A stretch of 64,000 nt of DNA from an uncultured delta proteobacterium (GCA_963771175.1 CAVYSY010000030.1:96001-160000), one strand, 5' to 3'. Shown: positions 42,840-53,926, numbered from the stretch's first letter. Program-made: numbers and translations. The notes: generated from the sequence alone by a model not told the origin.

Positions 42840-44438
42840 ATGCCGTCGCGCGAAGCCGCCATGCAGGCGCCAGTGCGGCAGGAGGCCGGGTTGTCGCGGC
42901 GCATCCTGGACGCGCTGCCGTATCCCATCATGTGGAAGGGGCGCGACCTGCGCTATCTCGGGTGCAACGCCGCGTTCGCGAGGATCGCCGGGCTGGAGCA
43001 CCCCGACGCGGTGGTGGGCCTCAGCGACTACGAGCTGCCCTGGCGCAAGGAGGACTCGGACTTCTACCGGGAGTGCGATCAGCAGGTATTGGAGACCGGG
43101 GAGCCGCTGCCCGATTGCGAGGAGCCCGTCCGGGGCAGTGACGGCCTGCAGCGGTGGACGCAGACCAGCAAGGTGCCGCTCCGGGACGAGCACGGGGCCA
43201 TCTTCGGGGTGCTGGGCATCCTCATCGACGTCAGCGCGCGCCGCGAGGCGAAGGAGCAGCTCCAGGTGGCCGTCGCCGCGAGCGAGGCGGCCAACGCCAT
43301 GCTCAAGTCGGAGGTGGCCGAGCGCGAGGCCATGCAGCGTGCCCTGGCGACGAGCGAGATGCGGCTGCGCACCGCGATGCGGGGCGCGCAGATGGTCATC
43401 TGGGCATGGGCGCCGCGGGGCACCTTCACCTTCGCGGATGGAGGGGGGCTGGCCGCGCTGGGCCTGAAGCCGGAGGAGCTGATAGGGCGCTCGGTGTTCG
43501 AGCTCTACGGCGGCTTTCCGGAGATCATCGGGCAGGCCCGACGCGCCCTGGCCGGCGAGTCCTTCACCGGATACATCGCGATGGCCGGCTTCCACTACGA
43601 GACGCGGTACACGCCGGTGCTCGACGAGGCCGGCGCGCTCACCGGGGTGATTGGCATCGCCACCGACGTCACCGAGCGCATGCGCTACCACGAGACGCTC
43701 GAGGCGGAGCTGGAGCGGACGCGCCAGCAACTCCTACAGGTGGAGCGGCTGGCGACGCTGGGCACGCTGTCGGCCGGCGTGGGGCACGAGCTGCGCAACA
43801 TCTCCACCGTGCTCAACAGTCTGCGGGGCTCCTTCATCGAGTGCGCCGAGCGCGGAGTGCCGCCGGACCTGGAGGAGCTCGAGGAGCTGCGCTGGGCCTG
43901 CGAGCACGTGGCCACGCACGGGCGGCACCTGATGGACCTGGGCCGGCCCGGGCAGGCGAGGGTGGAGCGGTTGGACCTGCGCGAGCTGGTGTCGGGCTCG
44001 CTGTCGATGCTGCGCACCGCGGGCACCATCAAGCACGTGAAGGTGTCGTCCTCGGCGCCCGAGTCGCCCATCTGGGTCCAGGCGAGCCGGACGCGGGTGG
44101 AGCAGGTGCTGCTCAACCTGGTGAGCAACGCCGCCGACGCGGTGGAGTCGGTGCGCGACCGGCCCGCGGAGGTGCGGGTGCGCCTCTTCGAGGATGGTCA
44201 GCAGGGCTTCGCCTGCTGCCGCGTGGAGGACACCGGCGTGGGCATCCCCGAGGAGAAGCTCTCCTCCATCTTCGACCCCTGGTTCACCACCAAGCCCCCG
44301 GGCCGAGGTACGGGTCTGGGCCTGCCGGTGGTGCGCACCATCCTCCAGGAGTACGGGGGAGACCTGTCGGTGGAGAGCCAGGTGGGGAAGGGCAGTGCCT
44401 TCACCTTCCGGCTGCCCTCGGCGGCTCCGTCCCCCTGA
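42840..44438 (+). CDS. Two-PAS sensor histidine kinase (NtrB-like)
   Basis: Two PAS/PAC blocks, GHELRN, NLVSNAAD, DTGVGI, FTTKPPGRGTGLGL. Confidence 0.9.
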   Translation: MPSREAAMQAPVRQEAGLSRRILDALPYPIMWKGRDLRYLGCNAAFARIAGLEHPDAVVGLSDYELPWRKEDSDFYRECDQQVLETGEPLPDCEEPVRGSDGLQRWTQTSKVPLRDEHGAIFGVLGILIDVSARREAKEQLQVAVAASEAANAMLKSEVAEREAMQRALATSEMRLRTAMRGAQMVIWAWAPRGTFTFADGGGLAALGLKPEELIGRSVFELYGGFPEIIGQARRALAGESFTGYIAMAGFHYETRYTPVLDEAGALTGVIGIATDVTERMRYHETLEAELERTRQQLLQVERLATLGTLSAGVGHELRNISTVLNSLRGSFIECAERGVPPDLEELEELRWACEHVATHGRHLMDLGRPGQARVERLDLRELVSGSLSMLRTAGTIKHVKVSSSAPESPIWVQASRTRVEQVLLNLVSNAADAVESVRDRPAEVRVRLFEDGQQGFACCRVEDTGVGIPEEKLSSIFDPWFTTKPPGRGTGLGLPVVRTILQEYGGDLSVESQVGKGSAFTFRLPSAAPSP

Positions 44439-44537
44439 CGGGCCCCGGGCGAGGTAGTTCCTCCGCCTGGTCGTAGAGGGTGCAGGCGGGAGGCGTGGTG
44501 GATAATGTCGCCCCCCCTCGTCTCCCAGGGCCCTCGC

Positions 44538-45293
44538 ATGCGCTGTCTCTTCCTCGCTCCGGTGTGTCTCCTCGTCGCCTGTGCCGGTACCGCTCCCGCG
44601 CGCCGCCCGGTCGTCGCCGCTCCGGCGGAGTCCGTCCCCGTGGCCGCCGAGGCCCCGCGCGAGGACGTGGTGGCGGAGGCGAACGCGCTGGCCACCGTGC
44701 TCGAGGTCATGCGGCTCGCGTCAGGCTCCCGGTCCCTGCACCTCGGCTTCGCGGCGGCTCCCTCGCGCGCCGCGGCCCTCATCGTCGAGCGCGCGGTGCA
44801 GCTCGTGGGGGTGAAGCAGCTCGGCCGCGTGGACCGTGGCGTCCCGGACGACTGCTCCGGCTTCGTGCGGCTCGCCTACCAGAAGGCCGGCATCGACCTC
44901 GTCAACCATGGCTTCCTCGATGGGGAGAACGCCGTCACCGCCATCTACCGCCGCGCGGAGAGCCGGGGCGCCCTCCACCAGCGCCGTCCGCGTCCGGGGG
45001 ACCTCGTCTTCTTCCGCGAGACGTATGACCGTAACCGCGATGGCCAGCGCAACGACGGGCTGACCCACATCGGCGTCGTCGAGAGCGTCGAGCTCGATGG
45101 CACGGTCACCTTCATCCACCGGGGGAGCAAGGGCATCGCCCGCTCGCGCTTCAACCTCTTCTTCCCGCGCACCCACCGCATCGGCGAGGGCGGGCCCGTC
45201 CTCAACGACTTCCTCCGGGCCGCGGCACGGGGCCAGCGCGCCTGGCTGACCGGCGAGCTCTTCGTCGGCTTCGCCTCGCCTGGGTCTTTGTAG
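44538..45293 (+). CDS. NlpC/P60 (CHAP-like) peptidoglycan hydrolase lipoprotein
   Basis: Lipobox LVAC, DCSGFV (Cys), PGDLVFF, THIGVV (His). Confidence 0.85.
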   Translation: MRCLFLAPVCLLVACAGTAPARRPVVAAPAESVPVAAEAPREDVVAEANALATVLEVMRLASGSRSLHLGFAAAPSRAAALIVERAVQLVGVKQLGRVDRGVPDDCSGFVRLAYQKAGIDLVNHGFLDGENAVTAIYRRAESRGALHQRRPRPGDLVFFRETYDRNRDGQRNDGLTHIGVVESVELDGTVTFIHRGSKGIARSRFNLFFPRTHRIGEGGPVLNDFLRAAARGQRAWLTGELFVGFASPGSL

Positions 45294-45350
45294 TCACCTC
45301 GGCGCTCGTGTGGGTTTGAAGCTCGGCGCCGCTCATGCGTAATGAGGTGC

Positions 45351-45779
45351 ATGCGATTCGCACTGCTCCTCGGACTCCTTTGCCTCGCTCCCGGCTGCGT
45401 GCTCCATGCTCGCGGCTACTACCCCCGGCCCGCACCGCGCCCGGCGCCCGCTCCGGTCCGCCCCGCTCCGTCTCCCCCGCCTCGCGTCATGTCGTACGAC
45501 GAGGCCGTCTCGCTCGGCCTGGGACAGTGCCGCTCCCGTGGCTACCGGTGCGAGCTGAAGGAGGCCCACCTGAAGGGGAACGACGTGTGGAAGGTGAAGT
45601 TCCGCGCCTTCGCCTCCGGCGCCAAGGGCCACCTGCACCTCGAGTACGACGCCTGGTCCCGCGCGCTCCTCAAGGTCGACGAGAAGGTCAAGGACCGGGA
45701 CCACGACTGGGATGACGACGACGACGGCCGGGGGCATGGCCGTGGCAAGAAGAAGGGCCATGCGAAGTGGGATGACTGA
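45351..45779 (+). CDS. Small lipoprotein, PepSY-like pattern
   Basis: Lipobox APGC, Pro-rich linker, MSYDEAVSLG...WKVKF...LEYD. Confidence 0.7.
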   Translation: MRFALLLGLLCLAPGCVLHARGYYPRPAPRPAPAPVRPAPSPPPRVMSYDEAVSLGLGQCRSRGYRCELKEAHLKGNDVWKVKFRAFASGAKGHLHLEYDAWSRALLKVDEKVKDRDHDWDDDDDGRGHGRGKKKGHAKWDD

Positions 45780-45796
45780 GGTGGGGTGAGGGGGCG

Positions 45797-48295
45797 CTAC
45801 TTCTTCGTCAGCGTGCGGATGGCGTCCTCCGCCTCGTCCTGGCCGCAGTTCTTCGAGCCGAGCAGCGCCTTCTCCCGGGGCTGCTCGCTCAGCCGCTTCA
45901 GCGCTGGCACCGCGTCCGCGTCTCCCAGCGCCGCGAGCCGCCGCGCCGACCGCGCCCGCGTGCCGCAGTTCTTCGACTCGAGCGAGCGCATGTACAGCCT
46001 CACCAGGTTCAGCCCGTCGGTGGACTGCACCGCCTCGAGGTAGCGCAACGCGCCCCACTGCTTCGGCGAGGGCTCCTCGGTCGCGAGCTCCTCGAAGTGC
46101 TCCTTCACGCGCTCCTTGGGGAGGATGGACAGCACCTTGCGCAGCCCCTTGTCCGTCTCGTCCTCTCCGAAGTCCTCGGCCAGCGCGTCCAGCACCTGGC
46201 CCTCGACGGACTCGCGCGCCTCCATGTCCAGCCCCGCCAGCACCGAGTGCTCCTCCCCGTGCCGGCTCAACCCGTGCAGCGCCCGCGCGCGCACCTGCCG
46301 CATCGCCGCGGCCTTGTCCTTCTTCACTTCCGCCGGGACGTCCTCCAGGCGCTTCAGCGCGTCCACGGGCTTGTCCGCCTCCAGCAGCTCGCGCGCCTGG
46401 TACACGGGGTCGTCGCGGCGCACCAGCTCGAACGTGCCGACGCCCAGCACCACCACCAGCCCCAGCCCCACGCCCGCCGTCCGGCCCGGGTTGGCGCGCA
46501 CGACGGCCAGCACCCGCTCGGCCACCGCACCCAGCATCGGTGCCACCAGCTTCCACACCTTCCGCAGCGGCTGCACCACCGGGGCGAAGCGCTCCTCGAG
46601 TGGGGGGCTCATGGACACCTCGTCCTGGCCTCCGAAGGGCAGGCCCTCCGCGGCCCGGCGGCAGCGGTAGAGCTGGAGCGGCTCGCCATTGCCCGGCATC
46701 GGCACCGTGCCGCGGGGCTCGGAGTCTCCCTCCACCCGGCTGCGCGCGAGGTTCACCGACTCGGTGAAGATGACCTCACCGGCCTCGGCCACCGCCTCCA
46801 CCGCCTTCACCACCTCCATCGGCTCGCCCAGCACCGCGTCGCGCGTGACGAGTACCTCGCCCGTATGGAGGCAGATGCGCACGGGGAGCTGCTCCTCCGG
46901 GGCGCACTGCTGGTTGTGCCGCCACAGCCGGTCCTGCAGGGCCATGCCGCACAGCACCGAGTGGGTGGGCGAGGGGAAGACGGCCAGCAGCGAGTTCCCC
47001 CGCTTCTGCACCAGCTTCCCGCCGTACTCGCGCAGCAGCGGCAGCAGCAGCCCGTCGTGCGTCTCCAGCATCCGCGCGTTCTGCTCGTGCGTCTGCCGCG
47101 AGGTGCGCTCGGTGTAGCCCTGCAGGTCGGTGAGCATCACCGTCAGGTTCTGGGGCTTGCCCAGGAGCGTGCTGCTTCCGGCGACGCCAGGCACCGTGCC
47201 CGAGGGCTTGAGGCCCTGGAAGCCCGTGACGCCGTGCATCGGCTTCTCGGGCTCCGCGACTTCGGGGGCCGCGAAGGCGAGCGTGCCCGAGGGCGGAGAA
47301 GGAGCCGGTTCCGTCGAGGGCGCGGCGAAGGCGGCCGTGCCACCCCCGAGCGAAGCGGGCGGAGGCGCGAGGAAGGCCGTGATGCCCGAGGAGGGGGGGG
47401 CCGCGCCCGATGCCGCCGCGAAGGCTCCCATCGCCACGCCCTGGGCACCCGCGGCCGCGGCGGCGCCGAGTTCATCCACCAGCGCGTTCGCGTGGGGCAG
47501 TCGCTGGCCGGGGTCCTTCTGGAGGAGCTGCATCACCAGCGCGGCGAGCGCCGGGTAGGCGCCGAGCGTGGGCGCGGCCTCGAGGAGGGGCAGGGGCGCG
47601 GCGGCGGCGTGCTGGGCGACGTACTGGGTGGGCCCCGGTCCCGGGAAGGGGAGCTGGCCCGAGAGCACGCGGTAGGCGAGCACCCCGAAGGAGTACAGGT
47701 CGCTGCGCGGGTCCACCGGCGCCCCCACCGCCTGCTCCGGGGAGAGGTACTCCGGCGTGCCCACCACCAGGCCCACCTGGCTGAGGTTGCTCGCCGTGTC
47801 CGGCTCCACCAGCCGGGCGATGCCGAAGTCCAGCAGCCGGGCCTGCTCGCCGCGCAGTCCCTTGGTGAGGAGCACGTTCTCCGGCTTGAGATCCCTGTGG
47901 ATGATGCCCTTGTCGTGGATGGCCGCGAGCCCCTCGGCGAGCTGGTACAGCAGGGGCAGCGCGCGCGAGGGCGCCATGGCCCCCTGCTGGAGCACGTCGT
48001 AGAGGTTCTCCCCCTCCACGTACTCCATCACCAGGCAGGCGCCGACCCCCGCCTCGCCATAGTCGATGACGCGCACCACCGCCGGGTGATCCACCGCGGA
48101 CAACAGGCGCGCTTCACGCTTGAAGCGCTCGATCATGCTGGGGTGCACCATCAGGTCCGCGTGCAGGACCTTGATGGCCACCTTGCGGCCGAGTGACACC
48201 TGCTCACCGAGGTAGACCTCGCCCATGCCACCTGCTCCGAGGAGCTGGAGCACGCGGAAGCGGCCATCGAGGACGAGAGTACCGGGGTCGATCAC
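45797..48295 (-). CDS. Ser/Thr protein kinase + nucleotide-cyclase-like domain + TM + helical C-terminus
   Basis: GAGGMGEV, VAIK, HRDLKPEN, DFG, GTPEYLSPE. TVMLTDLQGYT...VRICLHTGEV is class III cyclase-like. Confidence 0.9.
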   Translation of the reverse strand: MIDPGTLVLDGRFRVLQLLGAGGMGEVYLGEQVSLGRKVAIKVLHADLMVHPSMIERFKREARLLSAVDHPAVVRVIDYGEAGVGACLVMEYVEGENLYDVLQQGAMAPSRALPLLYQLAEGLAAIHDKGIIHRDLKPENVLLTKGLRGEQARLLDFGIARLVEPDTASNLSQVGLVVGTPEYLSPEQAVGAPVDPRSDLYSFGVLAYRVLSGQLPFPGPGPTQYVAQHAAAAPLPLLEAAPTLGAYPALAALVMQLLQKDPGQRLPHANALVDELGAAAAAGAQGVAMGAFAAASGAAPPSSGITAFLAPPPASLGGGTAAFAAPSTEPAPSPPSGTLAFAAPEVAEPEKPMHGVTGFQGLKPSGTVPGVAGSSTLLGKPQNLTVMLTDLQGYTERTSRQTHEQNARMLETHDGLLLPLLREYGGKLVQKRGNSLLAVFPSPTHSVLCGMALQDRLWRHNQQCAPEEQLPVRICLHTGEVLVTRDAVLGEPMEVVKAVEAVAEAGEVIFTESVNLARSRVEGDSEPRGTVPMPGNGEPLQLYRCRRAAEGLPFGGQDEVSMSPPLEERFAPVVQPLRKVWKLVAPMLGAVAERVLAVVRANPGRTAGVGLGLVVVLGVGTFELVRRDDPVYQARELLEADKPVDALKRLEDVPAEVKKDKAAAMRQVRARALHGLSRHGEEHSVLAGLDMEARESVEGQVLDALAEDFGEDETDKGLRKVLSILPKERVKEHFEELATEEPSPKQWGALRYLEAVQSTDGLNLVRLYMRSLESKNCGTRARSARRLAALGDADAVPALKRLSEQPREKALLGSKNCGQDEAEDAIRTLTKK

Positions 48296-48534
48296 GGGCG
48301 CTGCATCTTCGCCGGAAATGGGGGTCGCGGGCAGGGGGCACTGCGTGAAATGGCGGCGCTACTCTGCCTGCCCTCCTGCCAGTGGGACAGCAAAACCCGA
48401 CGCTCCGCCTCCCGCGCGGTTCTCCCGGATGGCTCGAAGTGAACCTCTCGTGGTGACGTCGAGGCGCGGAGTGGGGGGATGTGTGGACGCCCTGGCCGGG
48501 TACTTTGAATGGGGCCACGGAGGTTGCCGAGGTC

Positions 48535-49279
48535 TCAGCCGGTCATCTTCCGGTAGCAACTCCGGCACAGCGGCTTGTTCATGGTGGCCGGGAACTCCTT
48601 GCCGCAGCCGTGACAGTAGCTGTCTTCGTAGTCCGCGTTCTCGTACTCAGCCCACTTCTGGAAATCGTCCCAGCAGTACGGCTTCTCCGGGTCAAGCTCG
48701 ATGGAGAGGGCGCACCGGATGCAGAACCCGTGGGTCACCACGGGCGCACGGGGGCCCTCCACGTTTCTGCTCCTCCTAGGGACACGAGAGTCCTCCTCCT
48801 CATTGACGCCCGCGCGCTTCAGGATGTCTTCGCGTGAGAGGAAGTGCGGCTCAATCTCCTGTCGGAAGAACTTCCGTATCTGGGCAACGTCCGCTGGGTC
48901 CTGCGACCACAGCCCCACCTCGATGCTGGAGAGGAACGAGGAGGAGAGCAGGTTCAACGAGGTGATGATGACCTCGGACTCCGACCAGTAGAGCTTCGCG
49001 TGGAGTTTCGGGAGGACGCGGATTCTGAAGTCCCCGCTCCGTGAGTTCCTGGAGGTGCTCGTTGAAGGTCCGAGCGAAGGCATGGACATCCTCGTCGAGC
49101 CGGAAGACCACGGTGACGGAGACCTTGTTGTTCAGCGCCGCCCGAATGGCCTGACCGAGGCGGTTCTCTCCTCCCAATGTGATGTAGGGGGAGACGAGCC
49201 ACACCTCCTTCCGCGCGTTCTTGATGAGCGAGAGGAGTCGGCTGATGGTCTCGTCCGTGTTCAGGAGCGTCAGGTTCAC
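48535..49279 (-). CDS. Phospholipase D-like (single HxK) nuclease with C-terminal Cys-rich zinc-binding region (frameshift near 49030)
   Basis: LIKNARKEVWLVSPYI...LHAKLYWSE..IITSLNL...EVG, followed by CIRC, CHGC and CRSC. Confidence 0.7.
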
Positions 49280-49310
49280 GCCGCCAGCATGCTTGGATAC
49301 CGAACCGTGC

Positions 49311-49334
49311 GTCACTCGTTGACGTCAACGAGTG
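49311..49334. repeat. 24-nt repeat containing a perfect 22-bp palindrome (left copy)
   Basis: GTCACTCGTTGACGTCAACGAGTG, identical to 56034-56057. Confidence 0.9.
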
Positions 49335-49354
49335 GTGTGTGTGGATGTGGGATG

Positions 49355-49374
49355 CTCATTGACGTCAACGAGTG
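49355..49374. repeat. Degenerate second copy of the palindrome, 40 bp downstream of the first
   Basis: CTCATTGACGTCAACGAGTG, one mismatch over the 18-bp core. Confidence 0.8.
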
Positions 49375-49446
49375 TGCGTGGGGGAGGGGCCCCGGGCGTC
49401 CTGTGCTGTCGGGTGGTGCTACGCTGGCCCACCTCGGAGGTTGAGC

Positions 49447-51473
49447 ATGCACGGGGGCATTGGGGCGGGCGTGTCGACGGGGAGGCGGGGACGGATGTTG
49501 GCGGGGCTGCGCGGGCGCCGGGCCGGGAATGACGACGCCCTGGCGGCTTCGCTGCCCCCCCTGGGCACCACGGTGGGCGGGTTCCTGCTGGAGTCCTTCG
49601 TGGGGGAGGGGGGCTTTGGCACCGTGTACCTGGCCCGGCGTGGCGGGCAGGTGTTCGCGGTGAAGTTCACCTCGCTGCTCTTGGCGGCGGAGTGGGGGCG
49701 CAGGGAACTGGGGGTCATGCTGCGCCTGGAGGAGGTGGGCGGCGTGGGGCTGAAGGGCCATGGCTTCTGGCCGGATGAGGCGCCCCGCTTCCAGTTCATC
49801 GTCATGGAGTACGTCCCGGGCTGGGAGCTCGATGTCTGGGCCCTGCATCGCAATCCCACCGCCCTGGACGTGGTGGACGTGCTGCTGGAGCTGACGCGGG
49901 AGGTGGCGGTGGTGCATGAGGCGGGGGTGGTGCACCGCGACATCAAGGGCAGCAACGTGCTGGTGCGCGAGGAGGACGGGCTGGCGGTGCTGGTGGACTT
50001 CGGCGTGGCCACCTACGCCGGGGCGCCGCGCGTGACGGGCCCGGAGGTGCCCGGGTGCCGGGAATACCTCAGCCCCGAGGTGGTGGGCTTCAACCGGGAG
50101 CGGGCACCGGGTGAGGACTACCTCCCCCGGGCGCAAGACGACCTGTGGGCGCTGGGGGTGGTGACCTACAAGCTGCTGACGGCCACGTACCCCTTTCGTG
50201 GGCACAACGCGTTGGAGGTGGAGAAGGCCATCCTCGAGCAGGCCCCCGAGCCGCCGCACATGCGCAACCCGCGTGTGCCCCGGGCGCTGGGGGAGGTGTG
50301 CCTGCGGCTGCTGGAGAAGGCTCCCGAGGCGCGCTACCCGGACGCGGACGCGGTGGCCGAGGCTCTGGAGGAGGTGCGGCGGGGAGCGGACGAGGCGTGG
50401 ACGGTGCCGCTGTGCGAGGCCTGGGGCCCCGACGCCGCCACCACCGGGCGCACCGGGGCGCTGTCGCCGGAGGAGCAGCGAGCCCGGTTGAGGCGGCTGG
50501 TGGAGTACGAGCAGCGCCACCCCCGGCGGGGCCAGCCCCGGCCCGTCCCGGAGGAAGCGTCTGTGCCCCCGGTGGCGCCGCCGCCCCCGCCGGGCGCGGC
50601 CGTGGCCTCGTCGGCGCGGCCTCGGAAGGGCGTGCGCGGGGCGCTCTGGCGGTGGGGGGCCGTGGCGGCTTCCGTGCTGGCCGTGGGGATGCTGGCCCTC
50701 GTCGCCACCGGGCACCGGGGCCGGCCGCGAGGTCCCCGGAGGCGGTGCCGCCCCCCACGTTCCCGGTGGACTTCCTTCCACCAACGCTGGAAGTCATCCT
50801 CGGGTCCGGCCAGGAAGTGGCGCCCCCGTGGATGTCGCCGGAAGGTGGCGCGGGCGCGGCGCCCTCCGAGGCGGCAACCCCCGCGTCCGTCGCCAGCGCG
50901 ACGCACCCAGAGGACACCACGAGCGTGAAGACTCCACGGCGGACCCGCGAGACGCGAGACGAAGGCTCGGCGGCAGGGGAATTGCTCGACGGCGGGAAGG
51001 GTGGGCGGCGCCCTGCTCGCCTGCTGCCTGGGCTCGGGCTGCCCCGGTTCCGGCACCCAGGTACGTCCCCAGCCCCCGCCCGCCGAGTGCCCGGCCGGGG
51101 CCGCGGAGGCCATGGAGAAGCTGGGCGCCCGGGAGCCGGGTCGGACGTCACCCTCGTCGAGGGCAATGCCCGTGTCCTCACCGTGAGCGGGGGCGAGGTC
51201 ACCGTGCGTCTTCATCGACAGCACCGGGAAGCTGGTGGTGGGCTCCACCTTCACGGGGCAGCTCATCATCGGCGAGTCGCGCGTGTATGGCCGTTTCACC
51301 CGGGGGCGCCTGCCCAATGGGGAGACGTTCCCCGTCTGCTTCGAGTTCATCGCCCGTGAGAAGCCAGGGGTGGAAGAAGAGCCGGGGCGCTGATCGAGGG
51401 GCCCGCGCCCGAGCCGGGCCTCGCGCGCATCTTCTCCACCGAGATTGCGCGGCCGGTGAAGCGCTTCCACTGA
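49447..51473 (+). pseudogene. Ser/Thr protein kinase with TM and C-terminal domain, multiple frameshifts after ~50710
   Basis: GEGGFGTV, AVK, HRDIKGSN, DFG, YLSPE. C-terminal pieces lie in different frames and end ...ARIFSTEIARPVKRFH*. Confidence 0.75.
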
Positions 51474-51583
51474 CACCGCGAGGCGCGCGGGCCTCGGGGC
51501 GGAACCTGGTGCGAATGTGAGGACAGGGAGGGGTCAACGTCCGAGGTGCTTGTTAAACTCCTCCACTCCGGAGGTCATGTCCC

Positions 51584-52526
51584 ATGCTCGCGCTTCCCGC
51601 CGCCCTCGCCTTGTTCGTGCTCCTCGTCGAGTGCTCCCGCCGCCGCCCAGTCCGACCCCGAGACCCTGGCGAGGGGGGCGCCAGCTGCTTCTTGTCGGCC
51701 AGTGCGTCGCGGCAGGTTCATGAGGTGCGCATCGGTCCCGGCACGTCCCTCAACCTGTTCTTCGACGCCCCGGTGCAACTGGTCGAGCTGGAGGCGCGCG
51801 AGCACTTCCGCCGGGTGGAGGTGGTGGAGGACTCCATCCTCCTCCTGGCCTCGCGCGAGCTGAAGCCGGAGCGGCGGCTGCGGATGCCGGTGCGCTTCGT
51901 GGACGGGCAGCCTCCATCGCTCGTGGACTTCGTGCTGGTGGTGGTGCCTCCCGGCCCAGGCCTGAGCACCAGGTGGAGGTGTTCCGCCCCCGTGCCCCGG
52001 AGGTCTGCCAGGAGGAGGCACGGGAGGAGCGCGAGAAGGCGCGGCAATGCCAGGCCGAGCTGGAGCGGGAGCGCGCGGTGCCGAAGGGGTTGGGGGACTC
52101 ACGGGTCTGCTCGCCCCGGAGCAGATGGATGGCCAGGGCGTGTCCGCTCTTCCGCTCCGGCTCACCTGGCTGGACGGGCAGGCGCTCCGGTGGCGGTGGG
52201 CCATCAGCTATCGTGCTACCTGTCCGCGCGAGGAAGGAGAAGGCGAGGAGCAGCCCGTGATGGTGCGGGTGGCAATGGTGTTGTGGGTGGAGAACGAGAG
52301 CCTTCAGCCCTGGACGGCGCGGGCGCGGAACTGGTGTCCGAGAAGGGGGGCCGGCATGCACTGTCGGTGTGGCAGCGGGGAGCCATCGTCCCGGGCGCCG
52401 GGAAGCAGCGCATCGTGGTGGAGGGCGGAGTTGCCGCAGGCGGAGTCCCGGGGCACCTTCACGCTCGCGTTGTGGGAGGAGGGGCGGGAGCGTCCCGTCA
52501 CCCTTGGAGGCGTGTCCTTCCCATGA
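51584..52526 (+). pseudogene. DUF2381-family protein, frameshifted
   Basis: EVRIGPG..LFFDAP, MPVRFVDG, QVEVFR, coiled coil, and C-terminal RGTFTLALWEEGRERPVTLGGVSFP, spread over several frames. Confidence 0.7.
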
Positions 52527-52580
52527 GGCCGGAGGGGCCAGGGTGCTACCCTGACGGGTAACGGAGAGGGAGACTCCTTC

Positions 52581-52850
52581 ATGCCTGGAAGATCGCCGCT
52601 GTCGCTCCTTTGCTCGCCACCGTCATGACGGGATGCGGTCAGACGGAGTTTGGACCCAATGGCTCGATTCCGATGGCCCTCCACAGGGACACGACGAATG
52701 CTCAGCGGAAGTGCCGGATGGGCAAGCACGAGTGGCTGGAGAAATGCGGGACGGATTTTAGAACCAGGTCTCGCGAGGCAGCAGGTGGCATGTCCGGTCG
52801 AGTGTCGTCCCGACAGAGTGATGAGAAGGGAAGCGCATGAACTGGCGTAG
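52581..52850 (+). pseudogene. Small Cys-containing lipoprotein, paralog of 23594-23821, frameshifted
   Basis: LLATVMTGC lipobox, C.....EW.E.C and CPVECR pattern shared with the 23594 protein. Confidence 0.55.
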
Positions 52851-53734
52851 GGTCCTGCCTGTCCTGCTCGGCCTGCTCATGCCGCTGCCGTTGGTGTGGC
52901 TGGGCTTCATCGCCCTCTCCGGAACCGGTGCGCAGGTGCCACTTCCCCGAGGCAAGACCCTCGTTCCCATGCTTTCGCCCGAGGAGCGCCTGCGCCTGTC
53001 CACCTATGAGCGGGATTGCGAGACGGACGCGGACTGCGAGCCGCAGCTCCGCTGCTCCTATGACGTGGGGACAGCGCGTGATTATTGCACGGACAGCAAG
53101 TGCACGGAGGACGAGCAGTGCCCGTACGGCTTCACCTGCGTCCCCCTGGAAGCCGAGAACGATAAGGATCTGGTGCGTGTCTGTTCGCTGCTGGGGGTGC
53201 GGAAGGAGGGAGAGCTTTGCGAACTGCCGCCCTCGAAGCGAGAAGACGGCTGTGCGCAGGGGCTCTTCTGTCAAGGCTTCTGTGGCCGTCCGTGTTGGAT
53301 GGACGGGCCTGAGTGTCCTGAAGGGTTCTTCTGCCATGAGGGTTCCAATGGCTCGTCGTGCCTTCCCTCCTGTGAGGGTCGTGCTTGCCCGGAGGGACAG
53401 CGGTGCGTGGCGCTGTCGGCGGAAGGCGGCGTCCGTCTGCATGAAGATTCATGGACAGGACTGCGAGCGCACCCCCTGTGCCGAGGGACTGTACTGCACG
53501 CGGAACGCCTACCCGGATGCTCCGGGTGAAATCTGGATGGAGTGTCTGCGAGGGTGTGGCGGCGAGAGCGATCCGCCCTGTCCCGAGGGCTCGGTCTGCT
53601 TTCTCTTCCAGTGCCGCAAGGCGTGTGACCCCGAGGAGCGCTCGGTGTGTGGCGAGGGCTTCAAGTGTGGTCGCAACCATCCCAGCATGCCCTGGGCCTG
53701 CGTGCCCGGCAGCACCTCCAAGGACGAGAACTGA
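52837..53734 (+). CDS. Cysteine-rich membrane-anchored protein (frameshift near 53430), paralog of 23818-24684
   Basis: Shared PMLS.EER..L.TYER.C, CQG.CGRPC, CPEGFFC and CPEGQRCV. Confidence 0.75.
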
Positions 53735-53926
53735 CGTCCCGGTGGGACTCCCCTTGTAAACGCCTTTACAGGGCACGCCGCATTCACAGCGCGAAAGTGG
53801 CTGTGCGTGACCCGCCAGGTCCTTACAGGAAGCGTGACTCCGAGAGTAACCTTTCTCCGCCTTCACCCGGCCTGTTCCGTGGCGGAAGCTGGCCATCATC
53901 CCCCGAAGGCAGGAGGGTTGCCGCGC

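Noticed and set aside
49311..49374. Two palindromic repeats as a mini-CRISPR array
   Set aside because: Only two copies with a 40-bp period, too short for repeat plus spacer. The palindrome has no loop and no cas genes are nearby.
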